Positions 23,001 through 37,130 of a DNA stretch of 64,000 nt are shown piece after piece. The DNA is from Sarea resinae (taxonomy: Eukaryota), in NCBI GenBank assembly GCA_026026165.1, contig JAPEUD010000021.1, forward strand, positions 124,001 to 188,000, written 5' to 3'. The notes beneath the pieces are model-generated. The model searched no databases and was not told the DNA's origin. It saw only the letters and a list, made by a program, of their open reading frames with translations. The number at the start of each line of letters is the position of its first letter. Position 1 is the first letter of the stretch. The translations under genes and the position numbers were made by a program.

Positions 23001-26000
23001 TATGATTGTGTTACTCAGCGACAGGTTATCTCTCCTTCCAATAGAAGACGAGCCTAATCCTCAGGTATTGGCTATCCGGAGGGACATTGCCCACATTCTT
23101 TGCTTCAAGCCCCTGTCCTTTTCAGAGCTCTGCAATCGTCTAGCAGATAAGTTTCAAGATCTGGAAGAGTTTCAAGATATCCTGGAGGAAATGACGAATT
23201 TCCGAGCCCCTGAAGGTCTATCCGATTCGGGAACTTTTGAGCTAAAGGAAGAATATCTCGAAGACATTGACCCGTATATTGCCCATTACAGCAAGAACCA
23301 GAGAGAGGAAGCAGAGAATGCCTATCGAACACGAGTTGCCAAAAGAACTGGCAAGCCCGCTTCAGAGGTCGTTTTCGAGCCGAAGCTACGGCCTATACCA
23401 TCTGGGGTCTTCAAGGGTCTTGGGAAGTTCACTTCGACTCATCTATTTGCACAAATCATTTATTACTCGCTCTTCTACGCTCTGCGATGGCGAGACCACA
23501 CATCTAACATTCCCGATACGCGGGTAGAGGCATTCCTCCAAGTTGCTTTACATCTGACACTACTGGCTGTCGTGGAAGATCACAGCTCGGAAGATGATAT
23601 ATCCGAAGAATCACAGCAGAGCTTTGTCAATTACGCACTCACCCAAGAATCTCTCATCAGGACGCAACAAAATACGATCGTGTCTGTGCTCCATCAGATA
23701 TCGACTATGGACGAGTACAAGGCCTGCAATCTCAAAGTCCGTCTCATCCTTCGCCGTATGAAACAGAGACGCCCGAAGACGTTTGAGTCGATCGTTGCCA
23801 ACTTCCCGACGCCAACGGAGAGGCTTGATACTGAGTCTCCCGCAAGTGCTGGCGGAGAAGACTTGGAATTGAAACGTAAATTAGCCCGAGATCGCCAAGC
23901 CAAGGTCATGGCTTCCTTCCAGCAGCAGCAGAAGACTTTCCTCGAAGCACAAGGTGACATTGACTGGGGTGAGGATGATTTCAGCGATATAGAGCCGGAA
24001 CCCCATACACCACCCGAAGAGCAGAGGAAGCTTTGGAAATATCCGAGTGGAAATTGCATCTTATGCCAAGAGGAGACAAACGATTCTCGGCTTTATGGAA
24101 CTTTTGCTCTCATGATGGACAGCAATATCCTCCGACAAACGGACGTCAAAGACAGTGATTTTGTCGCCGAGGCTGCCACTACACCAGTCAATCTTGATCA
24201 TTCGGCCGACGACATTCGGCCTTTTGGTGTTGCTGGTCAAAATCGTGAGACTGTGCGCAAGCTCACGTCGAATGGCACCGAGATCGTTGTCGAACGTCAA
24301 GGGCTGGGCAAGGGATTTCCATCCTCGCAGGTCAGGCGTGGCCCGGTCACTACTGGTTGTGGGCACATAATGCATTATGAGTGCTTTGAACTTTATTATC
24401 AAGCAACTCAGCGGAGACAAGCTCATCAGATTGCACGCAATCACCCAGAACGACTTGCTCAGAAGGAGTTTGTCTGTCCCCTTTGCAAAGCACTTGGTAA
24501 TGCCTTTTTACCGATCATTTGGAAAGGAAAGGAAGAAGTCTTCCCGGGCGTACTGCAGACGGAGGAATCATTCGATGAGTGGCTATGTTGCAATATCGGA
24601 CCAACCGTTTCGCGATTGGAGAAGGGCGCAGAGAGCGAGGGTCAAGGAGCGCATGCCAATGCTCGCCATCAAGAAATTCTCGCTGGCTATCTCGGAGATG
24701 CTATAATAACTCCATTAGCAATGAAGCTTGATCAATTGATAAACTCCAGCTACGGAAGCCCCGTTCATACACCACAGCCTAGCAGACATCAGCATCAGCA
24801 TCATCATCAACACCAACATGCGCATCAAATGCCAGGAATCTTCCCTCTTGATGAGCCTTTGATGGCAAATCCACAAGTTCAAGCAGCTGGAAATGGGCCT
24901 TCTCCTACAGCAGTATTGATGAATATCTACAAGAGGTTGAGAGACACCATGAAAGTCAACCAACTGTCGTCACGATACAGCTATCCTCCGACCACTTCCG
25001 GTGTCCTTGAGGATTTGACTTACACCGACACCTTGGCAAAGAGCCTTGGATACTCGATTTCGTCCGTTGAGATCTGTCAACGTGGAGTCCAGTCGGAGCT
25101 TGGATCTACCTTATTAGATAAGATCTCAGAGCAGACTCTCACGCACCTGAGGATCTTATCTGAGACCGTGTCTTCATACATTGCGACAGGTGCATTGCGG
25201 AACGGCGGTGGTAGCAAGACATTCATCGAATATGCCGATACTCATAGCAGGCAACTTCATCAGCTATTCATCGGTCATCCTCAAATATTCGACCATAACG
25301 CCTATACTCTCAATCTCAAGCAGATGGAGCCACTCCTAAGTCAAGATATCTTCACGTTCTTGACTGAGTGTTCGGTCTGCATTGTCCCGGCTCTACATCT
25401 TGACATCCACCACTTACTCCGACTTTGTTACTTGGCCGAGATAGTGAAGGTCACTCTTGCGTTTTTGTCGGAGTCGGACGTTCTATGGCGTCCAGATCTC
25501 TATTCAACCAACGTTGGGGGTCCATACAGCCAGGAACAGCTCGATATTCTCCGAGCGTTCGTCGACACCGTATTTGCCTTTTCGGATAATGCTGTCCAGC
25601 CCTTCATCTCAGAACCTGCGATCGACCCGGTCCGCTTATCAGAAATTCTCTATAGATTGGTTTCTAGTTATGCTCTGACTTTCCTGCGCAAAGCCGTAAT
25701 CTTACTGAATGTACGCTACGGTGTCGACTTTCCTAATACTGGCTTCACCGACATTGAAGAGAGCGAACTGAGTCGATTGACCAAAGTCCTCCGACTTCCA
25801 ACCCTCGATCAAATGTTTGTATCACTGGTCAATGATCACAACGCGACAGCTACTCGTCGATTTATGGTCGCTGGCTGGATTCGTCATTGGGTTTGGACAA
25901 GAGAGGGACATCCGTCATCGCAGCAAACTAAAACCGCTCTCTCCCTGAGTCATCCTGGAATTTTCGAGCTTGTCGGCTTGCCAAAGAATTTCGATACTCT

Positions 26001-26556
26001 TACCGATGAAGCTATGAGACGAAGATGTCCGAAGACAGGCAAAGATCTGTCGGATCCGAGTATTTGTCTTTTCTGCGGTGATATTTTCTGCAGTCAGGCG
26101 GTGTGCTGCTCGCGCGACGGGAGGTATGGCGGATGCAACAATCATCTCGAAAAGTAAGTTTAGTCTGCGGTCAATATCATTGTATATTTACTCACGTTGA
26201 TTGCTGTGTAGATGTGGCCGCGACGTGGGCATCTTCATCAATATCCGCAAATGCACCGTTCTCTACCTGCACGCTCATAACGGAAGCTGGTCTACGGCTC
26301 CTTATCTTGATAAGCACGGCGAAGTTGACCCGGGCCTTAGGTATGTCGCTCTTTCTGTATAAGCCAGGTCATATACCCTTTGCGTTTCAATACTAACTGA
26401 TTTCTTTTAATATCTAGACGCAGTCGCCAACTTTTCCTCAATCAGCGCCGCTATGACGCTCTCCTTCGCAACGTCTGGCTCCACCACGGCATCCCAACTA
26501 CGATTTCGCGGAAGCTAGAGGCTGACACCAACAATGGGGGGTGGGAAACCATTTGA
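20011..26556 (+). CDS. UBR1: N-degron E3 ubiquitin ligase Ubr1 (introns 26154-26211, 26341-26417)
   Basis: UBR box CGHIFKSGEATYRCKTC...GCCDCGD, ClpS-like LWNDEKHT, RING CILCQE...GCGHIMH...CPLC, and C-terminal APYLDKHGEVD. Confidence 0.96.
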
Positions 26557-27519
26557 TGGAGATGCATCTCTTCGTGTCTGGACAATCTCCATCGTGTCTC
26601 CTTGTCTCGTCGTCTTTACTCATGAGGCCTCTTCTGTTAAACCCCGCCGGCCTAAGCTAACCACCTGCTTTACTCCCTATCCATCTTCCCTACCATCCCT
26701 CTTCTCACTCGCTTCCACTGAATCATGAAATGAATGCATTACAACGGTGTTTGTTAACGACAATGACAGATGAACTGGTTGATCTATCGATGTCCCTCTT
26801 CGTGTCTGCGTTTCCTTCTCGTCTGTTCCTATGCCGTTCTGTTCTGTCCTTGGCGCTTCTTCGTGGGGATCCTGTGCCGTACTGTATCTGCGCGAGGGAG
26901 GCATGAATGGAGGAAGGGAGGGCCCTGTGCGTATGGGCTTCCTGTCCACCTTGCCTACCTGTTCCTCTTCGGTCGATATGATGCTGTACCTAGTTTCAAA
27001 TAGAAATCGAGATACTTGAATGAATGCACAAATCAATCAATACTTGCACATGAATTCAGTATTTCTTTCTGCTCTTTCTCCATGTAACGGGGCCCAAGTG
27101 AAGCCTGACTACTCAAAGGAATCATAGGCTTAGGAATTACTGGTGAAGAGGATCAATTGTAATATATGAAATCTTTATAGATATGGAAAATCCGACGTGA
27201 TCTTAATGATCTGATAAGGCTGCTGTGATATTTGTTTGTGTGTGATACTAAAGTTTTAATGCTAGAGTTGATTTGAAAACCCAGCTTGAATGACTAGCCC
27301 TTTTTTATATCCCAACAACATTGATGATTATATTGACTGCGCTGAAGCGAAGCGCTTGACGTTCATAAAAATTGGCAAGCTGCAGCGGAAAGATATAGAA
27401 GCGAAAGTTATCTTATCTTATCTCGCCATCAAGAAACAGCGGCATGTTCTCAACCCCAGTGTCATCTACAACACCAGATTCCTTTCGTAGATATCTTCCT
27501 TCCCTCATCACACGCCATC

Positions 27520-28982
27520 ATGAACAACCAGCAATTCCGTCGACTGGTTCTAGACACGCCGACCAACAGGCCCTCAGATGGCAAAGGCAAAGATGTCTCA
27601 TCCACACCGCGGCGAGGTAACGAAACCCCCGCGACGCTGGGCTCACGCATGCGCTCCAGCATCCCCATGACGCCGTAAGTGCCGTCCCTCGCCTTTCCTT
27701 TTGCTCAAGAGGCAGAACAGATCTGGCGTCGAACAATTCAGAGATTTAATCTAACAAGCATATCGCTATTCCAGACGTACGGTTATGGGCTCCTCGGGAA
27801 TCGATTTCGCGCGTCAGCTCGCCGAGCGCAACCAGCAACTCTCAGGCAGTGCCCAACAGCGCAAGAAGTTTCGCTCCTCGGCCGCGCCCAAGGGATCGAA
27901 ACTGGCCGAGGGATACCGAGACAGGACGCTCGATCGCGTTGAGGATGGTGAAGACGATAAGGCCGGCCGAGTGAAGGCGCTAGAGGAAATGATGAAGCTG
28001 GGCCAGATCGACCGTGCGACGTTTGAGAGGCTGCGGGATGAGGTCACGGGCGGAGATGTCGGGGCTACGCATTTGGTGAAGGGGCTGGATTATAAATTAC
28101 TACAGCGCGTGAGGAGAGGAGAGGATGTGCTCGGTGGTGGTGGCAGTGGTGGTGATAGCGGCGCTGCTGCTTCGAACGAAAACGAGCATGAAGCATCCCC
28201 GGAAGAAGTGAAAGAAGAAGACATCGACACGGCATTTGAGGAAATAGAAGAAAAACCGCTCGCGCCAATCATACGAGAAAAGACGGTCAAGAAAGGCGAA
28301 ATGGCACCACCACCTCCAGCTCCAACACCACAACCAGCAATAGCAGGCCAAAAACGCACACGCGACCAAATCCTCGCCGACCTTAAAGCCTCTCGTCAAG
28401 CCGCCGCCGCCGCGGCGAAACCGGCTCTAGAACCGCCAGCACCACCCCAGCCATCGCTAGGTCCGAAATTCCGCAAATTCGGCTCCTCGGGCTCCTCGTC
28501 CTCGTCCGCGGGCCTCCCAACATCGCGGATCGAGCGCGACGAGCAAGGTAGAGAGGTCTTGATCACAGTCGATTCGCAGGGCCGCATCAAGCGGAAGTAT
28601 CGAAAGACTGCGCCTTCCGACGCCGCCAGCGTATCCGAGAAGGAAAAGGAGAAGGAGAAGGAATTGGCGAAGGCGGGACTGCTGATGCCGGACAAAGATG
28701 CCGCGCCACTAGGTCTGGATGTCTCGGCGCTCGAAGCTGCTGCCGGGAAAGGCAAAGGAGGGAAGGAAGAGGAGGAGGAAGATGATGACGACGGCGACAT
28801 CTTCGAGGGCGTGGGCGCCGAGTACGATCCCCTTGCCGGACTAGGCGACGAGGATGATTCGTCCTCGTCCTCGTCAGAGAACGAAGAAGGCGAACAAGCA
28901 GAAGGAGAAGGAGCCATCAACGAGAAGGCCAGCAACGACGCGCCTTCAGCCCCAACATCTGCCCCGTCGAAGACGACTAATA

Positions 28983-29023
<41 letters not shown>

Positions 29024-29779
29024 GCGTCGAAATCGCCGTCGCCGTCTTCACACCAGCATCCGCCACCCCCACCAGCAGGAGAAAACTCATCAGGCCAGCA
29101 CCCACGGAACTACTTTTCCACACCGTCCCTCTCCGCCAGCACGACCACGACCACGACGACGTCTATCCCCGCCCCCGCCCGCGAAGGCGGAGGCGCCCAG
29201 AAGACAAACCCCCTCACCGACCCCACCATCCTATCCGCCCTCCAGAAAGCCCGCCACATCCACCTATCAACTTCAACCTCCCCCCCATCCGCCTCCACCT
29301 CCACCTCTACCCCCACCCCCAGCACCTCCACCGCCGCCTCCACTGCCACTACCAACGCCAACGATAGCGCTCCCCCCCGGGACGAAGCCTCGAAACTCCG
29401 GGCACTCCTCGCGCAAGCCGCGCGCGACGACCAGGACCTGGACCTCGGATTCGGGAGTTCGCGCTTCGAGGACGCGGCCGAGGGCGATGGTGGCGACGGC
29501 TACGATGGTGACGGCGCTGGTCACGGTGGTGGTGGGAAGAGAGTCAAATTGTCTGTATGGGATGGTTTTGGCGGTGGGGGTGCTAGCGGTTCTGCTAGCG
29601 GTGGTGGTGGTGGTGAAGGAGGAGGAGGAAGATGGGATGGAAAAGGAGGAAAAGGGAGTAAAGGAGCAGGAGCAGGAGGGGGAAGTGAGAGAAAACGCGG
29701 ACCCAAGAAACGCAAGGGCGATAAGGATTCCGCGGCTGATGTCTTGAGGGTGTTGGACGGGCGGAAGAAGAAGAAATAG
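27520..29779 (+). CDS. RED-like (IK/RED N-terminal domain) protein with low-complexity C-terminus (intron 27675-27774)
   Basis: MNNQQFRRL start, GYRDR, GGDVGATHLVKGLDYKLL motif and DIFEGVGAEYDP. Confidence 0.8.
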
Positions 29780-30023
29780 GACTAGTAGGAGTAGTGGAGG
29801 GCAGGTAGGTAGGCAGGATGTTCATACCATTGAGCGTAACGATCACGATCACGATCACGATCACGATGGCGGTAGCGGTAGCAATAGCCTTAGCCTTGTT
29901 GAATAACCGCTCATCTCGTATGCAGTGGCAACGTCCAGGACCATTTGTGTCCATTGATTCACGATCTTTGGATATTGATTTCACTGTTCATCCGTGATCT
30001 GGAATCATGTAGATGTACATTTC

Positions 30024-30027
<4 letters not shown>

Positions 30028-30096
<69 letters not shown>
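30028..30096. repeat. (CT)n microsatellite
   Basis: Perfect dinucleotide run of about 68 bp. Confidence 0.97.
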
Positions 30097-30102
<6 letters not shown>

Positions 30103-30803
30103 GCCCCAATTCATCTTTCCCTCCCATGCTCTCTCCCTCGTGTCTCTCTCCTCGCTTCTCTACCTCTTCCACCTCGTCCTCCGCCCTCTCTCCTCTATAA
30201 GGACTCTCATGTTGAACGTGTGCTGATCCCACTTTTCTCTTTCTAGTCCTACTGTCCACTTGCCCCACATTCCCCCAAAATCCCTTCTCACCTGGCCTTG
30301 CTTGCAGCGAGCATTTGTTTCTGTCATACCGTATCGTACCGCATCCTATCCTATCCCGCCCGTCCCGCCCCTAGCTCAAATTCCTCCCTGCCCCACCCAC
30401 CCATCTATATCAATTTAACCAAACTAGCGAAACCCAAGAGACTGAAAACATAGGTACACTTGTTCAAAAAGGACGATGGCCACCGTTTTATTTTATTTCC
30501 AGTAGACCAGCAGAAGAGAAGACAGACAAACAACAAGACGCATGCGTGGATTGGGTATGTACGTATACGTCGAATACACAATGACATTAAATAAGAGAAA
30601 AGGAGAGGGTGGTGGTAAAAGGGAAAAGGAATAATAATGATAAGAATAACTCCCACGATGTTTGACGTCGGCAGTGACTATGACCTAGTAAGATCTAGGA
30701 ATAGAAATGCAAGGCAGGTAGACCAACGTGACGCCTAGCCAGATCGAGGATCAGAGTACAATTCAGTCGAGAAAGATATGGTAATGGGCCATTTTGAGAC
30801 CGT

Positions 30804-33690
30804 CTAGACGATGCCGTAGACGCGCTTGGCGATGAAGTAGCACGAGAAACCAAAGACAAGAAGACAGGCCGTGACTATCAATAATGTCAGTCAGTCGACT
30901 GTGATTAGGAATGAATGACACCCGCGGGTCAAACTAGAGGACGCAAGAAAGGAAACTTACTCGACCAAAACCAATACAGATTATCGACGTCTTGCCCTGG
31001 AACAAGCACATTCATTCCCCACATACCCGTCACGATATTCATGGGCAGTACAATAGTACCCAAGACGGTGAGTTTACCCAAAACGTCGTTTGTCTGCTCG
31101 GCACGCTCGTTCATGCGGATGTTAATTTGGGCGAGATAGTTTGAGTGAGCGCGGGAGAGGAGTCTGCGTGTTTCATGTATTAGCGTTTCTGTGACTAGTC
31201 GAGGAAATCCCGACAGCTAGGTGGGAAAGGTCAGGGGCGTACTTCTCATAATGACTTAGGTTTCCCGTCATGGTCACAATATGATCCTGAATATCGCCAA
31301 GATAGAGACCGATCTCACTACGGGGTGCAACCTCCCACTGCTCATTACACCTCTTCGCGAATCCTTTGATAACGTCCGCTTTGTTGCCCAGAAGCCGATA
31401 AAGTCCCATGACCTTCTTTCGACAGTCGCCCACACGACGCAGCATATCGCCTCCCGATTCGGCGGAGGTGCCGTCCCCCGCATCCGACTTTTCGTTGAAG
31501 AAAGAGACGCCTTTAGACTTTGTCTTTTGCGCTTCTTTCGCTTCTTCGTTTGGTGAATGAAGCTGAAGGATCGCATCATCGATGTCGTCAACCTCGTTTT
31601 CGATGGATTGGATAAGAGGAGCAAAGGCATCTGTGATATCGTCGATGATGGCATATGAGATCCAGTCGGCGCTTAAAATGAGATAATCTCTTAGCTGGCG
31701 GATACGGCGTCGGACATTTGCAGGGTGCGGGGTTAGAGAGAAGTGGAACTAGAATACGTAAGCAGAGGCAAGTCAAAGGGGATCTGAATTCTCACGCTGA
31801 TAACACCCTCTCTAAACACGCAGACGTACATGTCTACGGGCTCCAAAAAGTCCTCACTATTCATGTCTTGCTCAAAAGTCCGGTAGTTGACAAAGTAATA
31901 ATGGCGAAACAACTCCACCTTTTCACGAGCTTCTTGCATCATGATATCTTCGGCTGTAAGTGGATGAATGCTGAAAGCCTTGGAGATGACTCTCATTTCG
32001 GCGTCGGTAGGTGAAAGCACATCCAGCCAGAAAGTCGGACGAGCCCCATATCTTTTGGTCTTCTCGTCGGGACCCCGAGATTGCGATGGAGTAGCTTCGC
32101 CGGAGGAGTTGCGTCCTTCGGTCTTGACAGAATCGATTATCGATGAATGCCGTGTATTAGGCTTGGAAAGACCGTTCAGCAGTGAAGGATCCAATGGCCT
32201 ATCGTATAGATCCTCTTCATCCGATTCATCAGACAGTTCGGGAGGCTCTGGAACGAACAGTTCTCTAAAACTCTGACCAGGTTGAAGTAACTCGGATATT
32301 GTCTGACTGTGGATAGTGCTCTGGAACTCCTCGTTGAAGTAGGTAAACCGATAGGGAGCATCCTCCTCAGTTCTATGCCAATCTGTCTTCTGCGGTCGTA
32401 GTCGTCCTCCTACCATCATGGGCTCGCTGATTTTCTTGGCCCGAATGCCTTCGCTGCGCTCCTCCTTTTCCTCTCGACTCCAGTCATCGAGCACAGACAG
32501 ATCAGGCCATTTCCTTGGACGTCTTCGACGCGGACCTTCTCGATACGGCTCGCCGTGAGCCTGATAATCTTCTTCGGCAATCTCAGACATACCCTCGACC
32601 GGGAAGCAAACATCTTCTTCGGCCGCAGCTATAGTATGTCTTCGCTGCTCGCTGGCCCCTTGTCGCGGCGACGGAGGAGACGAGTTCGGGAAAGCTTTGG
32701 CACCATCCTGATCGATATCGACAATCGCATCTCTTGTTCTACGCTCCGAAGATCTCGATCTCAAGTTCTCGGTGACCATGACATCATTGTAACCCATATC
32801 AGAGCCGAGCTTGGGGCTGCTGGGAACAGATGGAGGATTGTTGACATCATAATCTCCCTGCTGCCCAGAAGACGGTGGTCGATTTGACTGCGCCTTTCGC
32901 CGACGACTTGAAGTAGATGTGGCAGTGGATGACCGTCTCGCACGCGAGCTAAGCTTCTGCGAAGCAAGGCCCCCATAAGTCGAGCCATGTCTGGAAGAGG
33001 GACCCTCCCGTTGTAAGGATCCGATCAACGGGGTTCGATCGTCAGTGGGTCCATCGTCGTCGCTATTCTCCTCCGACGACGGATGAGATGAGTTACGAGC
33101 TCGGTTCAAATCACTGCCAGAAGTGAAAGCGCGCGGAGATGGACGATACGAGCTGGCTCCTGCCTGGCTCTGTCTTGGAGCTAACATCGAGCTCGCATTC
33201 AAGCTTGGACGACGAGCGCGCATAGGCAGATGATCCCTGATCGACTGCAGTCAGCCAAATGCTCTCGCTTTGAATTGAATCAAGAAGGAAATTACCGGTG
33301 ATCTAAGAGCGCTTCGCTTTCCAAGCTAGTACTACTTAAATTCCCGCGTCGACTGGCTTGGTTTAATTGCCCTAGCCTGTAGAAGCTCGTGGGAGCTTCC
33401 TGCGTCTCAGGCACTTCGTTGAGATTATGATTCGACCGTGACGCGGGCAATTCGCCCGTATCATCTGAAGTGGCGGCAAATGATTGTCGTCGATTTCGCT
33501 TCTTCTTGTTTCGATGTCTGCGCCGTTTCTGGCCCGTCGTCAGCGGCTGGGGCTGGTCACTCGACGCAGCATTTGACGCTGGCAGGTTCAGACTGGGTGG
33601 TGCAATCTGCTGGGCTTGTCCGGGTCTGTCGGTCGATGCCTGGCTGGTGCCCCCTCGGGCGGACGCAGAATTATTGGGGGGATCGGACAT
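30804..33690 (-). CDS. ALR1: CorA-family Mg2+ transporter Alr1/Alr2-like (5 exons)
   Basis: FWLDVLSPT, IHPLTAEDI, EKVELFRHYY, LYLGDIQDH and the CorA signature TGMWGMNV; ends KRVYGIV*. Confidence 0.88.
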
Positions 33691-33779
33691 GGTCGAGTCT
33701 CGATTTCAACAGCATCAATTGACGGCCGAAAGGTGATATCCAAATGATAGCCAAGATTTCAATGTCGGTTCTGAGATGG

Positions 33780-33870
33780 TGGACGATAGACGATCAACGA
33801 TCAACGATCAACGATGGACGATGGACGATGGACGGTGGACGGTGGACGGTGGACGGTGGACGGTGGACGA
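33780..33870. repeat. 13 copies of a 7-bp tandem repeat (TGGACGA / TAGACGA / TCAACGA / TGGACGG)
   Basis: Units counted directly; lies about 90-180 bp upstream of the ALR1 start codon. Confidence 0.95.
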
Positions 33871-34261
33871 GGGATCGGAGATGAAGCTACCTCCCTTTAG
33901 GCTATAGGAATGGTGTCGAGGGTGGGATTGTTGAAGGTCAAAGGATGGGAAAGCCAACTGTGACGTACTCTGTACAGGATTGCCGAGTACTGCGCATTCG
34001 CCGAACCAATCCATACGCAGCAAGACAAGAGGGTTACCCGGCCTGTCACTTGTCGCCTCACGGGTACCAAATATGCCGTAAAAGGTCTAGAGCTATCAAT
34101 CAAGCAAGAGGACACGCGAGCACGGCGCAGTGCAGCGATAAGCTCTCGGCCCTTTTCACTGAAAGGAGACGTGATCTGCATTGCTAGGACGAAGCCTACT
34201 CGTACTCTCTACTGTAATAATGCGCATACTCTATGGACATCCATCTGTCGTAGAAATGACC

Positions 34262-37130
34262 TCATTTGAGCTCTTTGATGAACCCAACCTCGACCAATTG
34301 ATCGATCGGAATCTTCATGCTCGCCACCTTGGTCGCTGTGTTCTCTCGGATCCACAGGAAAATCTCGAGGATGAGCCTCTTCGCCTTGTTGGTCCCCTCG
34401 AGAACCTTGAGGTGCTCCTTGCCCACGAGATAGACACAATGTGTCTGGTACGCACGCTCGAGCGTCTCAATCTCGGCCGCGACCATGGCGTCAACCTCGG
34501 ACGGCTCGAGCCCCGGAGGGTTCTTCTTCGCCGACTCCCTGTCGTGCATCGCTACCGTGTCATGAACGAGGAATCTCTTCAGTTCATTATAGACGACGTA
34601 TGAGAGCTGGGAGTCGACAACGTAGTCGGCGTAACCATGTCGGATGATCAGCCGATAGCAATTATCGATTGATGTCCTGGTCACCGAATATCGCTCCTCC
34701 TCGGGGACCTGGGTAATGACAGATTAGGAGAGTGCTGGAACAGTTAAGAGGAACGAGGCATACATGTGGAACTGCTAGTGCACGCAGATGAAGGAGGACT
34801 TGAACTTCGTGCTGAGCTTCGAATTTGTGGATGAATTGGGTGTAGACCGTGGGAACCATGAATCCCCTCTTATCAAAGAATATTCCCAGACCTAGCCGGA
34901 AGTCAGCGAGCAATTCAGTGCCCAAATGAGCGAACGCACCTTTGAATTTGGCCAATTCCGTTCCTCCAAAAGCACTCCCTAATCGGGCTAACCCATTTGG
35001 ACCTTTGACAACTAAGTCCCGGGTCTGGATCTTCTCTTTACTTTCGGATAGCCACTGCTGCTCTTTGCCGTATCGCCATAGAATAAAGACAGAAGAGATG
35101 ATAAGAGCCAGAAGCAACGTGAACCAAGCTCCGTCGGGCACTTTGGTCAACACGGAGCTAAGATAGAGCCCATCGAAGCAGGCAAAAGGTAGCCAGATAA
35201 GCAGAACGAGCAAGGGATTTATACGCCAGACGATAATAGCGACAAGAGCAACCATATTGGTTGTGATGAAAGTGACAAGTATGACACAGACGCCATAAGC
35301 GTGACCAAGTCGGGTGGTCTGTAGTCGATAAAACCATTAGCAACATTAGCTTTGATAGCATGGATCACCTACATTGTGATAGACAGCAGTGACGATGACC
35401 GTGCCAACCAACATCAGCCAATTCGCAAATGGAATATAAACTTGTCCATGGAATCGATCGCTAGTGTGCTCCAGCGTAACTTGTGGGAAATAACTAAGGG
35501 TCATAACTTGAGACAGCAATTGGAAGGTGCTGGTAATCAAGGCTTGCGAGGCGACAATGGCTGCAAGAATGGAGATAACGAGCGCAGGATAGAACGTTCC
35601 AGGAGGCGCGCTGTTGAAGAAGGGATTGGTGTAAGCTTCCCGATGATCCGATATATAAGCGGCCTGGCCAATGTAGGCTAAGAGGAGGCAGGGGAAACAG
35701 AAGCAGAGCCAGGAAAGTTGCACCGCTCTATTCAAAATTAGCAATCTTGGAGGGAACATCGTAAGCCGGGGTCCAATACCTCTTGCTGAAAGCGCCTAGG
35801 TCAGCGAATAAAGCCTCCACGCCTGGAAATTCGATATGTCAGTCCACTTATCACAACATTCATCACAATGGAAGCGCAGATGTTCTCACCAGTAAAAGCC
35901 AGTAATATCCCTCCGAGTGACTTCCACTTCTTTGTTGGATCGTGAATAAAATAATGACCCGCAAAGTAGGGAGAGAAGGCCTTGAGAACGCTGTGATCAT
36001 GCTTAACAAGGTTCTACGGTGACATATACTGTCAGCCCCAGTAATGATCAAGGCCAGCGGGCCATGGACTAGCATCAGATCAAGTTAGATACTCACATAG
36101 ATCCCAAATGAGAGGTTGAAAAGCATCCAAATCGAGACAATGGGAGCGAAAACAAAAGAAAGTCTTTCAACGCCAAAAGGCTGTACAAAGAACAACAGAA
36201 TGATAATCGCGCAAGAAACGCCGATGATTGTGCCAGTTGATATGTCAGGCTTTACAATCTCAAGTCCTAGAGAGTAGGTCAGCACAAGGTATAGAAAGTG
36301 CTCAGCTGCTTTAGCATACCCTGTATGGCGCCGAGAACGGATTGTGCTGGAGTGAGTACGCCGTCGGCCATGATTAAGCTCACGCCCAGAACAGCAAGCA
36401 CTTTGAGTACAGTGTGTAAGAAACGGTTCTTCTCGATAAACGAGCGTGCCTTGAGATTGGAACGTCTCATATCGGAACTCATATACCTCTCAAGCCTGAC
36501 CAGAGGCTCCGTCCTCGGATCGCGTGACATGATATTGCTCTGTTCTGTCATTCAGCGAGGCTCAGAGACTGATGTGCGAAGCTTTGCCCCTTACGTAACG
36601 GGACATCAAGGTGTAAAGGGCAAAGGTGCCCCCTTCCCCTTCATCATCGGCACATAGCACGATGAAGATGTACTTGACCGACACAACGATGATGAGTGTC
36701 CAAATGATCAAGGACAGAGCGCCGACAAGATCGTCGTATGAGGGGGGCGACTCGAATGTGGACGAGTACACGTAGAGCGGCGAGGTGCCAATATCTCCAT
36801 AAATGACTCCAATGGACTGATAAGCCAGCCTGCCGCAAATTAGCCTTCAAGACGCGAGAAGGAAGACTGGGACGTCCGCAGAGCCCTACCATCCGAGAGC
36901 CCACCCATGGTAAACCTTTCTCGTCGTGAGCAATGACGAGTATCTTGATGACTGGAAGGCTCACATACCTGCTTCCGTTTGACGTCGCGCTCATCTACGG
37001 CAATGGGCCCAATTGACCTTTTCTCGAGGGAGGCAGAAGTGCTCGATTTCTCAAGGGGATGCTGTGCGGATTTTGTTGCTTCCACGTCGTGGCTGACAAC
37101 ATCGAAATGGATGCGACTCGTCTGCTCCAT
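34262..37130 (-). CDS. HAK1: HAK/KUP/KT high-affinity potassium transporter (multi-exon)
   Basis: Spliced motifs [72 protein letters not shown] and RHGYAD. Confidence 0.92.

Noticed and set aside
28854..29747. 297-aa poly-His/poly-Pro ORF overlapping the RED-like gene
   Set aside because: Shifted-frame reading of trinucleotide repeats.
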